DNA from: Octopus vulgaris
Taxonomy: Eukaryota
Direction of reading: 5' to 3'
Length of the DNA: 64,000 nucleotides
Assembly (NCBI GenBank): GCA_951406725.2
Contig: OX597821.1
Coordinates: 26,412,001 to 26,476,000, forward strand
Shown here piece by piece: positions 27,331-42,692 of this stretch. Each line of letters starts with the position of its first letter. The stretch's first letter is position 1. The translations under genes were made by a program, and so were the position numbers. The notes beneath the pieces were generated by a model that was not told the DNA's origin, made no database searches, and saw only the letters and a list, made by a program, of their open reading frames with translations.

Positions 27331-28364
27331 TTCAACCAGTATGGGAATCCCTCGATGGGATTTGAACTCAGAGCACGCAAAGCCCGAACAAACAACACAT
27401 CGCACATTTCCTATGTTTTTACAACTCTACTAAATCACTGTGTAACCAATATTATATCATTGCTAACGTTCTTATTAATAAAAATGCAGTTATTAATAAG
27501 AAGAAATATTTTACAGCTGTAGCATAACTCCTTCATCGTCAACCTATGAACTTTCTAGACCACCCTCGTAGTTTATTCCATGCTTTGACAATTCTGAACC
27601 TGAAAATATTTTCCCAAAGCCATGATTTTACAAGTATGTTACAATTTCTCTTATTCAAAGCAATCAAATTTATTGACATTTCATGGACTTACCTACAGAT
27701 TTGTTGTTGCGCGCCATTGACTGTTATTAGTTTACGCAGGTGGTAGATTTTATAATTTTAGTTTGAGTTTGTAATTAATCATTCATCATATCTTTCGAAG
27801 CACTGTAGCCAACTGAAACTGTAAAAGCAGCTTTGACACCTTGGGCCATGATAACAGTGAATATAATTTAACATGGAAATAAAATGACTTCTCATTGGTT
27901 GAAGAACACCTGAAATTTGAAATGTATAACCAAAATATTATCTGAATCTCTAACTCTTCTCTTTGTTCTTTTGCATAATCACAGCAAATGAACTTTAGCT
28001 GGATGATCTACCAGTTAAATTGCTTTGCATCTGTCTACCAGTTGTAGCAATTGATGGCAATGTTGACTGTAGTAAAAATTGACACTGACATCAAGACTGC
28101 AATTTGGGGCCTTGGTCTCTCAATGTTTTGCACAACAGAGGTACATCACCCAATGACTTTTGCAGTTACAAACATAGAATGTTCAGGAATGTTCATACAA
28201 TCAACTGTAATGATAAGAGCCACAAAATGATATTTACTATAAACAAAACCTGAGCAATATTTTCCCAAGAAAAGTATCTAAATGCTGAGGTATTAAATTT
28301 TTGGAACATTATTTTTCTGTAACTAAATATATCATCACCATCATATTCATCATAGATATATCAT

Positions 28365-28797
28365 TGTCATATCGTTTAACGTCCACTTTTCATGCCGGCA
28401 TGGGCTAGACGGTTTGATTGGAACTGGTAAGCCGGAGAGCTGCACCAGGTTCTAGACTGACTTGGTATGGTTTCTATTGCTTGATGCCCTTCCTAACTCC
28501 AGCAAGAGTGTAATGGGTGCTTTTTACGTGTCACCAGCACAGATGTTATTTACATGATACTGGCAATTGCCACAGCTACGATTTCACTTGGCTTGACAAG
28601 TTTTCTCAAATACAGCATATTGCCAAAGGTCTCAGTCACTAGTCATCGCCTCTATGACGCCGAAAATTCGAAGATCATGCTTCTCCACCTTGTCTCATGT
28701 CTTCCTGGGCCTTCCTCTTCTACAGGTCCCATCCATAGTTAGAGATCAGCACTTCTTTCCGTGGCTGTCCTCGTCTATATGCATCACATGACTATGC
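28365..28797 (-). mobile_element. RTE LINE 3' end
   Basis: Minus translation HVMHIDEDSHGKKC*SLTMDGTCRRGRPRKT*DKV..HDLR...LWQYAV, typical RTE C-terminus, plus shared 3' UTR. Confidence 0.8.
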
Positions 28798-28798
28798 C

Positions 28799-28840
<42 letters not shown>

Positions 28841-28844
<4 letters not shown>

Positions 28845-29274
28845 TTTAAGGGACAGAATCACCCTCAAGCAACTCAATCATCATTGAACGACATTATCCA
28901 CGATAGGTACATACAGGACTAAATATTAAAAAATTATCAAAATTAATACCTTCAATTATTCCGACAACTAGTTATATAATTTTAGTTTTTCATGTCTTTA
29001 TATAGCAAAATACGTTCATATAATCTAGACCTGAAAATTGGCAATGTAATCGTTTTAATAGGGTATTGTATTTCGAGACCTATTTCAGCAATATCGAGGA
29101 ATTTGTTGTCATGAAACGCGCGTAGTCTATATAATGTAAAGTATATGATTTAGAATAAGAATTGAATGTATTCATTTTGATAATTTTAATATTTAGTCCT
29201 GTATGTACCTATCGTAGATAATGTCGTTCAATGATGATTGAGTTGCTTGAGGGTGATTCTGTCTCTTAAACCTA
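28841..29274. mobile_element. Fold-back cassette (~120-bp inverted arms) in (TA)n, with central hammerhead-like motif; Penelope pLTR-like
   Basis: taggtttaagggacagaatcaccctcaagcaactc... / ...gagttgcttgagggtgattctgtctcttaaaccta. Confidence 0.75.
29026..29129 (+). ncRNA. Degenerate type I hammerhead (core CUGAAAA, palindromic stem III)
   Basis: tagac-CUGAAAA-ttggcaa..ttgtcat-GAAA-cgcgcg-UA-gtcta; one core mismatch (G8 to A). Confidence 0.55.
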
Positions 29275-29519
29275 TCTATATATATGTATATAATACAGTG
29301 AGTAATTCATTTTAGTACTACTAAATTGAACTTCTCTCCCCTGTGGACTCGGAAATAACTTCCCTAATATTAATAATATATATATATATAATGGTTAAAA
29401 AAATTAGCAATTTACCAAGAAACGTTTGCAATGGTAAATGTTTAGGAGCCACTGCTGATCTCAAGTCTTAATCCTTAACATATCCTTAATCCTTAACATA
29501 TCAAAGTGAATAATAATTA

Positions 29520-31346
<1,827 letters not shown>

Positions 31347-31423
31347 TCTCTTGATCTAGTAACGATATGGATATTCTTTGAAAGACCTATCTTAGTCATA
31401 ATGTGCAGGTGATCAGTTGTCAA

Positions 31424-31620
31424 GGTGGTGAGCGGGCAGAATCATTAGCATGCTGGGCAAAATGTTTAGAAGCACCCATCTTCACGTCTTGAGTTCAAAT
31501 TCTGCCAAGATCAATTTTATCTTTCATCCTTTCAGGGTCAATTAAATAAGTACCAGTTGAGTACTGGGGTTCAATATAATCTCCAGAAATTGTTGGCTTT
31601 GCGCCCAAATTTGAAACTAA
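31424..31620 (+). mobile_element. Old SINE A (old-tail variant)
   Basis: ggtggtgagcgggcagaatcattagc...gagttcaaattctgcc...ctttcatcctttc...aagtaccag. Confidence 0.75.
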
Positions 31621-32561
31621 TATAAAAGCAGTTGATAATCGCAACCAAGATTTCAAACATGAAACAAAGGATTCTAATTTTAGTACATAATAGATTCTGT
31701 ACACTTCTCTTACTTTTGATTAATATTTTACTTCTGATCAATATATCTGATTTAATGAATCAGGCAATATACAAATATTACTGAATGTCTAGAGATAGTC
31801 TCTAATCAATATTAACAAATTGGACTCTGCTGATTCTACTTGAAATGCTGGTAGTTCTTTGCAATACTTAACAGAAGAATTTGCTTTATAATTTGAATAT
31901 TTTTTCCTGGTACTTAACTGCATTTTCTGTGATGGTTCTCGAAAATGTTTAAAACAATCCCTCCTTGTATATCACTGAATGAAATAATTATGTATGGTCT
32001 GAATTTTGTATATATCCCAATGTTATTAGACCAAAGTGTTTTCTATTTTTATTGCTACCTTTATGAAGGGATGTAAATCATTCAGTTTGTTTAATGCATT
32101 AATTTTAGTTACATATCTGCTAGTCCCATTCCAAATGTATTTTAAATTCAACACTTTTTAATCTCAGCTCTCGTAATATCCAAGCTGTAGACAATTCTTA
32201 ATAAAATTTTGTGTAAAATTATTAAAGAAATTGCTGAAATTTTGATGCATTAATATCTTAAACAATATCTTAAACAATTTTAATGATTTAATGTTACTTT
32301 ATTATTTTGTTACTTGTTTCACTGCGGCCATTCTGGAGCACCGCCTTAAAGGATTTTAGCTGAAGAAATCAAACCCAGTATTTATTCTTTGTAAGAGCCT
32401 AGTACTTATTCTATCGGCCTCTTTTGCCAAACCACTATGCTATGGGGATGTAAAAACACCAACATCACTTATCAAGTGATGGTGGGTGGGGGGACAAACG
32501 CAGGCACAAAAACTCACATAGATACACATATGTATATGTATATGTATATGTATATATGAAT

Positions 32562-32945
32562 AATACTAAAACCCTAGGGATGTTTGCTTGTAGCCGAAAT
32601 ACCCCAGAAATAGTATAGTTTATCGTTATTCTTTTAGCATATTTATTTTCTTATAATGTATGGTCTGAATTAGGCAGTGCAGTACAGATTTTTGTGACAT
32701 TTGGACCTCTATTTATTAATGAAAACGAGTAAACACAATTTTTGTTTGTTATTTCAGGATGAAAAAGAAAATTGGCTTCTGTTACATCAACACACATACA
32801 GAATACACACACATATAATGAATGTCATGGCATGTCAATCAACAGAAGCACATGTCTGCTATGTGTGACAAATACACATACAATAAGAGTTTATATTTTA
32901 GCTTTCTTTAAACAGACAATATTTCAATGTTTTTTAAAATTATTT
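32562..32945. repeat. Unclassified dispersed repeat, second copy at 61932-62420
   Basis: Colinear blocks aatactaaaaccctag.., cacacatataatgaatgtcatggcat, tttatattttagctttctttaaacagacaatattt. Confidence 0.75.
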
Positions 32946-33056
32946 TTTAAGTCGTTGATTTCTGTAAAAAGTTCTTATTTATTTACTTTTGTTATAAAGT
33001 GAAAGAGAGAAGAAAGTGAAATATGTATATGTATATGAAATGGGACGTGTGTGTGT

Positions 33057-33096
<40 letters not shown>

Positions 33097-33206
33097 AGAA
33101 GAGAGAAAGAAAGTGAGAGGGAGAGTGAAGGGGTGTGTTGTCATGTATACATATGTACATCAATACATATGAGTGCATCTTTTTTGTATGTATGTGTGCA
33201 TGTGTA

Positions 33207-33241
<35 letters not shown>

Positions 33242-33345
33242 TAGAGAAAGAGAGAGAGAGAGAGGAAGAGAGAGAGAGAGAGGAAGAGAGAGAGAGAGAG
33301 CGAGAACGAGAGAGAAAGAGAGATAGTGATTAAGTGAACGTATGT

Positions 33346-33387
<42 letters not shown>

Positions 33388-33866
33388 TCCCTCTCCCTCA
33401 CATGTCTATTTCATATATATATGTTCATACATTTTTCATTTTCTCTCTTCCACTTCAAAATAAAAGTAAATAAAAAAAAATTACGGAAATTAATGAACAA
33501 AACCAGCTGATCTAGATGACAGTTCTGAGAGAAAGTGAAAGATCGCCCCAAGGGAATACCATTAGAAATTTTTAAAGTGCATTTAACGTTTCTCAGTTCC
33601 AAAGATTTGGCTGCTATTTCCAGCATGCCCTGCTACCACGTAACGGCTATTTTGCGATAAAGGACCCGAAATACCTGTTACATGGTAGCAGTGCGTGCAA
33701 GAAATAGTAACCAAATTTTTCTTTTTCCGGAGAAGGAGCCGTTTACGCGTGATTTCGACGTCACATTCGTTGAAAGCATGCGAAATAACCTGAAAAAGAA
33801 AAAAACAAACAAAACAAAACAAAATGAAACAAAACGTTGTTGGGAAACTCAGACTTTTCAGGTGAC

Positions 33867-34465
<599 letters not shown>

Positions 34466-34736
34466 ATATACTTATTACTTATATACTATTTATTCCATTT
34501 TGTACTTTTTGCGATCTAGTTATATGTTTTAAAATATATTTTATTTTTTATCTATGATTTGGTGTATGTTTATCATTGTTTGAATTGCATAATAGTGGTT
34601 TTTCTCTAATTTATATCTATTATATATTTATATTGTGAAATTTGATTTAATGCTAAATTGAATTTTTCCCTGTAAGTTTGGAGTAATACTCCCCAATATT
34701 ATTATTATTATATATAAATATATATATACATATATT

Positions 34737-35067
34737 GCGGAGACCCCCTTCCGTCATGACTGACTATGGGATTACACCTAGGAAGCTACCCTCCCAGGCA
34801 CAAGTGCGGGCAAGGTTGTTAATGGAAGACCAGCAGTCGCCAGTGCATCCCAGCCTCCCCTCTCCACGCCACCAGTGTTATCCAAGGGAAAGGTAAAGGG
34901 GCCGATACAGCTTGGCACCTGTGACGTCGCAACTCATTTCAACAGCTGAGTGAACTGGAGCAATGTGAAATAATGTGTCTTCCTCAAGAACACAACACGC
35001 AGCTCGGTCTGGGATTCGAACTTACAACCTCACGATCGTGAGCTCGACGCTCTAACCACAGAGCCAT
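34737..35067 (-). mobile_element. SINE family E (CORE-like)
   Basis: tRNA head (ttcgaatcccagacc) then tgtgttcttgaggaagacacattatttcacattgctccagttcactcagctg. Confidence 0.75.
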
Positions 35068-35093
35068 ATATATATATATACATACACACACAC

Positions 35094-35159
<66 letters not shown>

Positions 35160-35163
<4 letters not shown>

Positions 35164-35505
35164 GATGGTCTTCTTTCAGTTTCTGTCTACCAAATCCACT
35201 CACAAGGCTTTGGTTGGCCCAAGGCTATAGTAGAAGACACTTGCCCAAGGTGCCACACAGTGGGGCTGAACCTGGAGTCACGTGATTGGGAGGCAAGCTT
35301 CTTACCACGCACTCAAGCCTTTCTACTATAGGAGCAGGGCCTGAATATCTTTCAGGGAATGGCTAGTTGATTACATCGACCCCCCATCCCGGGTTCAATT
35401 GGTATTTATTTTTATCAATACTGAAAGGATGAAGGGTAAAGTTGATGCTGTCAGTTTTGGAACTGGAAGAAATGATTCTAATGATTCTGCCAGCTTGCTT
35501 CCTTC
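35160..35505 (-). mobile_element. SINE B head half followed by old SINE A
   Basis: ttctttcagtttctgtctaccaaatccac...; gaaaggatgaagggtaaagttga. Confidence 0.7.
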
Positions 35506-35750
35506 TTTAATGCATCTAAATGAAATATGAATGATTTAATGAACAATTTTATCTCATACTTATTATCATAATTTGCTTTTTGTCGTGTTAACGAATATTC
35601 AATTATTGTTGTATTGTTGTTTCAGTGAGCAGTGGACCATGCATCTTCACACTTTCAGATGATGTAGATTATGATTATATTGCAGTTTAAGGTGAAAAGA
35701 AAAATTGGTGTACATATGCATATATACTGATAGGCATAGTTTTTTCAAGT

Positions 35751-36268
35751 TTCCTCCTCCTCGTCCTCCACCTCCTCGTCCTCCACCTCCTCGTCCTCGT
35801 CCTCCTCTTCCTCGTCCTCCTCGTCGTCCTCCTCGTCCTCCTCGTCCTCCACCTCGTCCTCCTCGTCGTCCTCCTCGTCCTCCTCGTCCTCCTCCTCCCC
35901 GTCCTCTTCCTCCTCCTCCACCTCGTCCTTGTCCTCCTTCTCGTCGTCCTCTTCTTCTTCCTCGTCCTCCTCGTCGTCCTCCTCGTCCTCCTCGTCCTCC
36001 ACCTCGTCCTCCTCGTCGTCCTCCTCGTCCTCCTCGTCCTCCACCTCGTCCTCCTCGTCGTCCTGCCCCTCCTCGTCCTCCACCTCGTCCTCCTCGTCGT
36101 CCTGCCCCTCCTCGTCCTCCACCTCGTCCTCCTCGTCGTCCTCGTCGCCCCTCCTCGTCCTCCTCGTCGTCCTCCTCCTCGTCGTCCTCGTCGTCCTCGT
36201 CCTCGTCGTCCTCGTCGTCCTCGTCCTCGTCGTGGTCGTCGTGGTCGTCGTAGTCGTCGTCGTCGTCG

Positions 36269-36315
<47 letters not shown>

Positions 36316-36337
36316 GTCATCGTCGTCGTCGTCATCA

Positions 36338-36370
<33 letters not shown>

Positions 36371-36391
36371 TCATCATCATCATCATCGTCA
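35751..36391. repeat. GC-rich trinucleotide gradient (CCT/CGT/CAT)n grown from an RTE tail
   Basis: Continuous with RTE 3' UTR at 36392-36640; higher-order tandem duplications of a few dozen bp. Confidence 0.85.
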
Positions 36392-36640
36392 TTTAGTGCC
36401 TGCTTTCCACGCTGGCATGGCTTAGACGGTTTGACTGGAACTGGTAAGCCAGAGAGCTGCACCAGGTTCCAGTATGATTTCCCACGGCTGGATGCCCTTC
36501 CTAGAACTCTAACACACTCCAAGAGTTGCAATGGGTGTCTTCACGTGCCACTAGCAAAGGTGCCAGTTATGTGACACCGGCATCAGCCACGACTATAATT
36601 TCACTTGGCTTGACGGGTCTTTTCAAGCACAGCATTTCAC
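36392..36640 (-). mobile_element. RTE LINE 3' UTR
   Basis: Homologous to ~28375-28620 (gctggcatgggcttagacggtttgactggaactggtaagcc...ggatgcccttcc). Confidence 0.75.
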
Positions 36641-36701
36641 TCACTTATCATTGCAGATAAGTGATGTGTAACAGTATGAATGAGTGTATACCAGCAAAAC
36701 G

Positions 36702-37083
36702 TGGAGGCGCAATGGCCCAGTGGTTAGGGCAGCGGACTCGCGGTCGTAGGATCGCGGTTTCGATTCCCAGACCGGGCGTTGTGAGTGTTTATTGAGCGAA
36801 AACACCTAAAGCTCCACGAGGCTCCGGCAGGGATGGTGGTGATCCCTGCTGTACTCTTTCACCACAACTTTCTCTCACTCTTATTTCCTGTTTCTGTTGT
36901 ACCTGTATTTCAAAGGGCCGGCCTTGTCACTCTCTGTGTCACGCTGAATATCCCCGAGAACTACGTTAAGGGTACACGTGTCTGTGGAGTGCTCAGCCAC
37001 TTACACGTTAATTTCACGAGCAGGCTGTTCCGTTGATCGGATCAACCGGAACCCTCGTCGTCGTAACCGACGGAGTGCTTCCA
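36702..37083 (+). mobile_element. SINE family C, full length, 10-bp TSD ataccagcaa
   Basis: A box tggcccagtggttagg, B-box-like ggtttcgattccc; TSD at 36688 and 37087. Confidence 0.92.
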
Positions 37084-37632
37084 TCCATACCAGCAATGTC
37101 TTCATCATATTAGATTCCAGTATGAACAAAATCTACACCATCTGAAAGGTATTTGTAGAAAATTTCATAAAGAAGGAGGACCTATTTCTCTGTAAGCTAT
37201 GAAGAAACAAAGCTGGCTCGTCTGAATTTTTCAAAACTCTTCAGAAAAAAAACTTTTCAAAACTCCACAGAAAAAAAACTTTTTCACAACAAATTCCGAT
37301 TTAATCAAATTCTACATTATCTCAAGTGTATTTGAAGAACATTTCATTAAAAGGTATTCCATTTTCTGAAAGTTATGAGGTGTGGGATGCAGACAGACTT
37401 GTGCAGTCATATTGAGATATATCCTGATTGCAGCAACAAGATGCATAGTACTTATTCTATCGGTCTCTTTTGTCAAACCACTATGCTATGGGGATGTAAA
37501 AACACCAACATCACTTATCAATTTATGGTGGGTGGGGGGACAAACGTAGACACAAAAACACACATAGATACACATATGTATATGTATATGTATACATATA
37601 TATATATAGAGAGATAGATAGATATACATATG

Positions 37633-37711
<79 letters not shown>

Positions 37712-37724
37712 ATTTGATTCAACA

Positions 37725-38990
37725 TATTTCTTTTAGAAATAGATCCAAAAGTATCCCCCATCTTTTCTTTGTCGACCTGAAACTGTATGGGCCAAATATC
37801 GATCGCATAAAAACAATTGGACCTTATAACCAAATGTGCATTTTTAACAATATATCGTGGAAAAGTTGTGCCTTCCTCTGAAAATCTAAGAATGAACTGC
37901 ATGTCAATACACCATTTAGAGTCAGGTTACAATTATATGTATGCGCATAAGATGAGAACGTCAGATATGATGGACTCATAAATACGGAGAGGAGTAGGAA
38001 TGAATACCCCAAGAGAATAAAGAGAATATGCTCATCAGAACTCTCAGCTCACAACAAACATATTGCCCACAACACCTTTGCAGTGCCTGTCTTCATGCCT
38101 ACGTTTGGATTTCTGAACTGATCACTACAAGAACTCACTGAGATAGATGTTCGAACTCGCAATCTTCTCAGTGTTATGAGGAACTTCAGCATCAGTGGAG
38201 ATGTATACATGCTATACTTCTCAGAATGCTGGTCTGGCCGTGGTCTCAAATTTGTATTGATGTTTTATGAAGCACGGATTGTCACACAGAAACAAAATCT
38301 GCAGCAGAGAAAAGAGACCGGAAACTATCTTGCCCTAGTCTACGGCCATGAAATAAACAACATAATTAAGATAGTTAATGAACTTAAGGAGAGGTATGAA
38401 ATAAGGAGCATTAGTAAAATCTATTTACCAGAACAACAAAATAAAAAAAATGACCAGTTAACCGAGAAGATAGCACATGGATACTTGGCACGTAAAACAC
38501 AAAACAGAAAGGATAGTTACATTCCGCAACCTGAGAACAAGAGATCTTCACCAAGTACGAATAGCTTAAAAGGCAGAAAACGCTGACAGACAAGAAATGT
38601 AGGCTGTGCAAGACCATGACTGAAAACATCAACCACATTATTGCCATCTGCGAGAGAATATTCTCCAGATATCTTTCCATGCGATGGCCAGAACCGTCTG
38701 GAACAGGATAACAGAAAAGAAAACACCAACAGACCAAGCTGACCATATTGAGACCGATGGGTCGAAAGAATTATTGGTGGAACTTAAAAATTAAAGCAGT
38801 CATCAAGTTAAAAGAGAACCGGCCAGATATTGTTCTGTGAAATCACAAGGAAAAGATACGATACGTTTTCTTGTAGCAGCCAGCCGCTCTCTGGGCACCA
38901 ACGTGGCTACGAAATTACAAGAGAAGGCCATCTATGAACTATTTTGCAAATCCAGAACCCAACAAACACTTTCAGCTTCATGGAGCAACA
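37725..38990 (+). mobile_element. Decayed R4/Dong-clade (REL-endonuclease) non-LTR retrotransposon
   Basis: FVDLKLY, SELSAHNKHIAHNTFAVP, EIDVRTRNLL, SGRGLK, CRLCKTMTENINHIIAIC zinc knuckle, NRPDIV. Confidence 0.8.
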
Positions 38991-39004
38991 GGATACACGC
39001 CAAC

Positions 39005-39490
39005 TGTGTGTGTTGTCTTTGTCCCCCACTACCGCTTGACAACCGGTGTTGGTGTAATTATGTCGACAAAAGAGACCGACAGAATAAGTTCCAGGCTTTA
39101 AAAAAAATATATATACTGGTTTTGATTCATTCGACTAAAAGTCTTTAGGGCGGTGCCTCAGCATGACCGTAGTCTAATGACTGAAAACTGTAAAAAATAA
39201 AAGATATATTTGTATAAATATAGGTATGTGTTCGTGTGTATACTTGTATGTGTGTTTGTGAATGCGTATACCCTGTGTGGCGAGCTTAATCTATTGTAGA
39301 GACTCACTGGTACTGTCTTTCTTTCTGACTGAAAAATAAAAAGTGTTTCTGTGTGGTAAGAAGTTTGTTTCTCAATAACATGGTTCTGGGTTTAAATCCC
39401 ATTGCATGACTCCTTACCTTCTACTGTAGGTGCGCGCTTCACAAAGCCTTGTGAGTGGACTTGGTTGACAGAAACTGAAAGAATCCCCTT
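39005..39490 (+). mobile_element. SINE B fragments (tail 39005-39200; head 39350-39490)
   Basis: Consensus matches. Confidence 0.65.
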
Positions 39491-39672
39491 GTACACACAC
39501 ATACACACAAACACACACACATGTACACACGCACACACAAATACACAGACATGACAGAAGTAAATAGACAGACCATAAAACATCGTTTTATGTATTCTCT
39601 AACTTGTAAATGTATATATTTTTTATTAATTGACATTTTTACATTTCAGGTTCTATATGTGACTGTTTAATC

Positions 39673-40760
39673 ATGCCATGTACAAAAGAAGCCTTGGAAC
39701 TGTCTGAATTTCAAAGAGTCCGTATTGTGGATCATTCTGGAGGGGGACATAGCGTAAAATTCCGCTTTCTACAGTCAATAGAGTGATTGTGCAGTTCACC
39801 AAAGACGGGAAGGAGTCCACATCACCTCACCCAGATCAACCAGGGCCCTCTGACAGGACCCTTCTCTTTGCTAAGTGATGTGTGGAGGATAATCCTCATT
39901 GCAAGGCCTCTGACATAGCAGAACAAGTTGATGTCAGTCCCAGAACACCTGTCAAGTATCTCCACAAACTTGGTTACTATGACAGAGCAGCAAGATGGAA
40001 GCCACTTCTCCGACCAGCCAACATCAAGCGGAGAAAAGACTGGGCCAGTGAGATGGTGAAGGGGCCACTAGCATTTTGGGACCCTGTCATATTCTCTGAT
40101 GAGTCCAGATTTGCTGTATTTCCTGACAGTGGTCGAGTGTGGGTCTGGAGACTCTGTGATCAAGAATTTGATGTGAAAAGATTGGCAGCTATTCTATGTT
40201 AGTCTGGGAGCAATTTGGAGCAATGGTTGACCAGAGCTGGTGGAGTGTGAGGGAAACATAAACTGAAATAAATATATGTCCACCTTGCAGAAAAAAATCC
40301 TTCCAATCTTCTCCAGTTGTGAAACGATTAAAGAAGACTCTTTATTTATGGGAGATGGGGCTCCTTGTCACTTGGCTAAAATGAGCCAAGATTTGTTGGA
40401 TGAGAATGGTATTAAAACGCTTCCATGGCCAAGCCAGTCACCAGATATGAACCCTATTCAGCACCTCTGGGACACAATGGACGAGACAATTCGTAAAAAG
40501 AATAAAAAAAAAGCATCATCAAAGCTAGATGTTTTGAGGTTACTGCATAAAAATTGGTAAGAAATTCTGAAAAGAATATTCGTCATCTGATCAGTAACAT
40601 GTCTAATAGGTTATTGCATTAAAAAATGCAAAGGGCATGTCTACTAAATATTAAATATTCACATTATCAAAATTACTAAATAATTTGAATGTATAATTTG
40701 AGATTTAAATAAATTTTAATGATTATAGGGGTGCCTATTTACTCCCGTCATATCTGGTGT
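39673..40760 (+). pseudogene. Tc1-type (DD34E) transposase pseudogene / element remnant
   Basis: [60 protein letters not shown]-terminal G..TKY*; frameshifts and stops. Confidence 0.9.
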
Positions 40761-40928
40761 AGCGAAAGCTTGGTTTGCAATGTTTGCAGTCGTGCATGCT
40801 TGTCATTTTCCACCAACAGAGCTGCAAATTCAAAATATAAGTTAGTCCTAGAGCGCACAATGTTCCTGAAGGTCAGCAATGGTCTTCCTTGATCACGAGT
40901 GGACGGCCATTATCATATATATATATAA

Positions 40929-41013
<85 letters not shown>

Positions 41014-41198
41014 CGAGTGTGTGTGTGTTTATTAAGCAACAACTACCACCAAAGAAACATACTATCCACTCCCATTATGAAGAAAAGAGAGGATGAAACC
41101 AACAAACTGTCCACAGCCGAAACGTTGTGTTAACAACAAACAAGATGAGAGCAAAAATATCCGACAAATGTAAATAAGGTACATAATTCCTCATCTCT

Positions 41199-41248
<50 letters not shown>

Positions 41249-41603
41249 ATAAAATGAGATAGGGGTTGAAAATTCAACCCACCATGGGATAACATATATC
41301 CAATATACTGCTAGATAGGTACCCAACAAGACTAATACATAGATGTTAAAAATTGCCAAACAATCAGTTCATCTATTGTATTATATGGGTAAAGGTAATA
41401 ATATTACCGTAAATTAATACTACAAAATTAGAAAATGGAGAAACATACTTAAATCAATAAAACATCAACTATCAGATGATACCCAATCAATATTTTATTA
41501 CACCATTACATATCAGTAAAGGCATTATACAAAATATACAGTAAATGTAAATAGACAAAGAGATATAAGTATAAAAATTCAAATATAATATGTAATTAAA
41601 TCA

Positions 41604-41719
41604 TAACTGGCAGCTGTTTCGGCAGCAAGGGCAGTCATACCTCATTTAACCTATAAGCCATAAAGGCAGGTATAAATGAGGCATTAACAAGGATGCCCCA
41701 CGGCCTCTTCAGAGAATTA
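41604..41719 (-). ncRNA. Degenerate type I hammerhead with extended stem II
   Basis: Minus: ttct-CUGAAGA-ggccgtggggca..tgcccttgctgcc-GAAA-cagctg-CC-agtta; UH position mutated to CC. Confidence 0.55.
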
Positions 41720-42051
41720 AATTTGTTATAATTGTGAAAAAATTATTTTTCCATATACATATAAATATAAAAATATAAAAATGTAAAATATAAAAACTTA
41801 TGCATAAACTTCATAATGCTACACTTATATAATATAATACTCATAGGTACAATAATGCAAGGTAAACAAAACAAAATAAAACAAAATATATATCAGTGTA
41901 TATATTAATATTAATAAGCACAGTTATTATACATATTTGGCTAATAGTTTTAAAAAAACTAACACATAGGGAGATGAAAAATAATAATTAAAACCATGGT
42001 TCAGTTCATAAAATTATAAAGCTATAAAAGTCAATAAAAATTACTATTAAT

Positions 42052-42097
<46 letters not shown>

Positions 42098-42692
42098 GAT
42101 ACAGTTATGTTTGCACCAAGTCCATCCTTTCAAGATCGAAATAACTATGAGTTTAGAAATTCTGACCACTAGGTAATGATTATTTAGATTAATTCGATTG
42201 GCTAGTAGTTTGAAATTTAAATCACAAAAGAAATTTTACGGTTAGTTAGTCAAGGAACGCCAATATTCACACGCGCATCCACAGATCCATCGCACATACA
42301 TACATAATTATATGTACACACACACACATACACTTATACACATACATAACCACAAGCAACAACTAGCACATAGATAAACAAAAAAGGGGAGCAACTATGC
42401 TGCCATTTAGTCTTTCAAAATTATAACTATGCCTCAAATAACAGAAAAGATCCACTCATGCATTTCCATAAAATATTTATTTTAAAGAAATATATTTTCT
42501 TAAATAACAGTATGTTACGATGTCAAATACTATTTCATAGGGTAACTTAAAATTTATAACACCGGTTTATTGCATAGTAAACATACCGGTTATTAGATTT
42601 ACCGTAAGTTTGTTATGATTCCAAGTACGCTAAGTTATAAAATATATATTAATTTATATATTATAAATATATCTCTTTTAAAACCTCCATAT

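Noticed and set aside
35647-36531. Acidic/RGG nucleolin-like or proline-rich protein
   Set aside because: Pure trinucleotide repeat continuous with an RTE 3' UTR; open in several frames on both strands; no globular domain
36702-36780. Functional tRNA-Arg gene (also at 25321, 9240, 13647)
   Set aside because: tRNA-like heads are followed by SINE bodies and TSDs; cloverleaf degenerate
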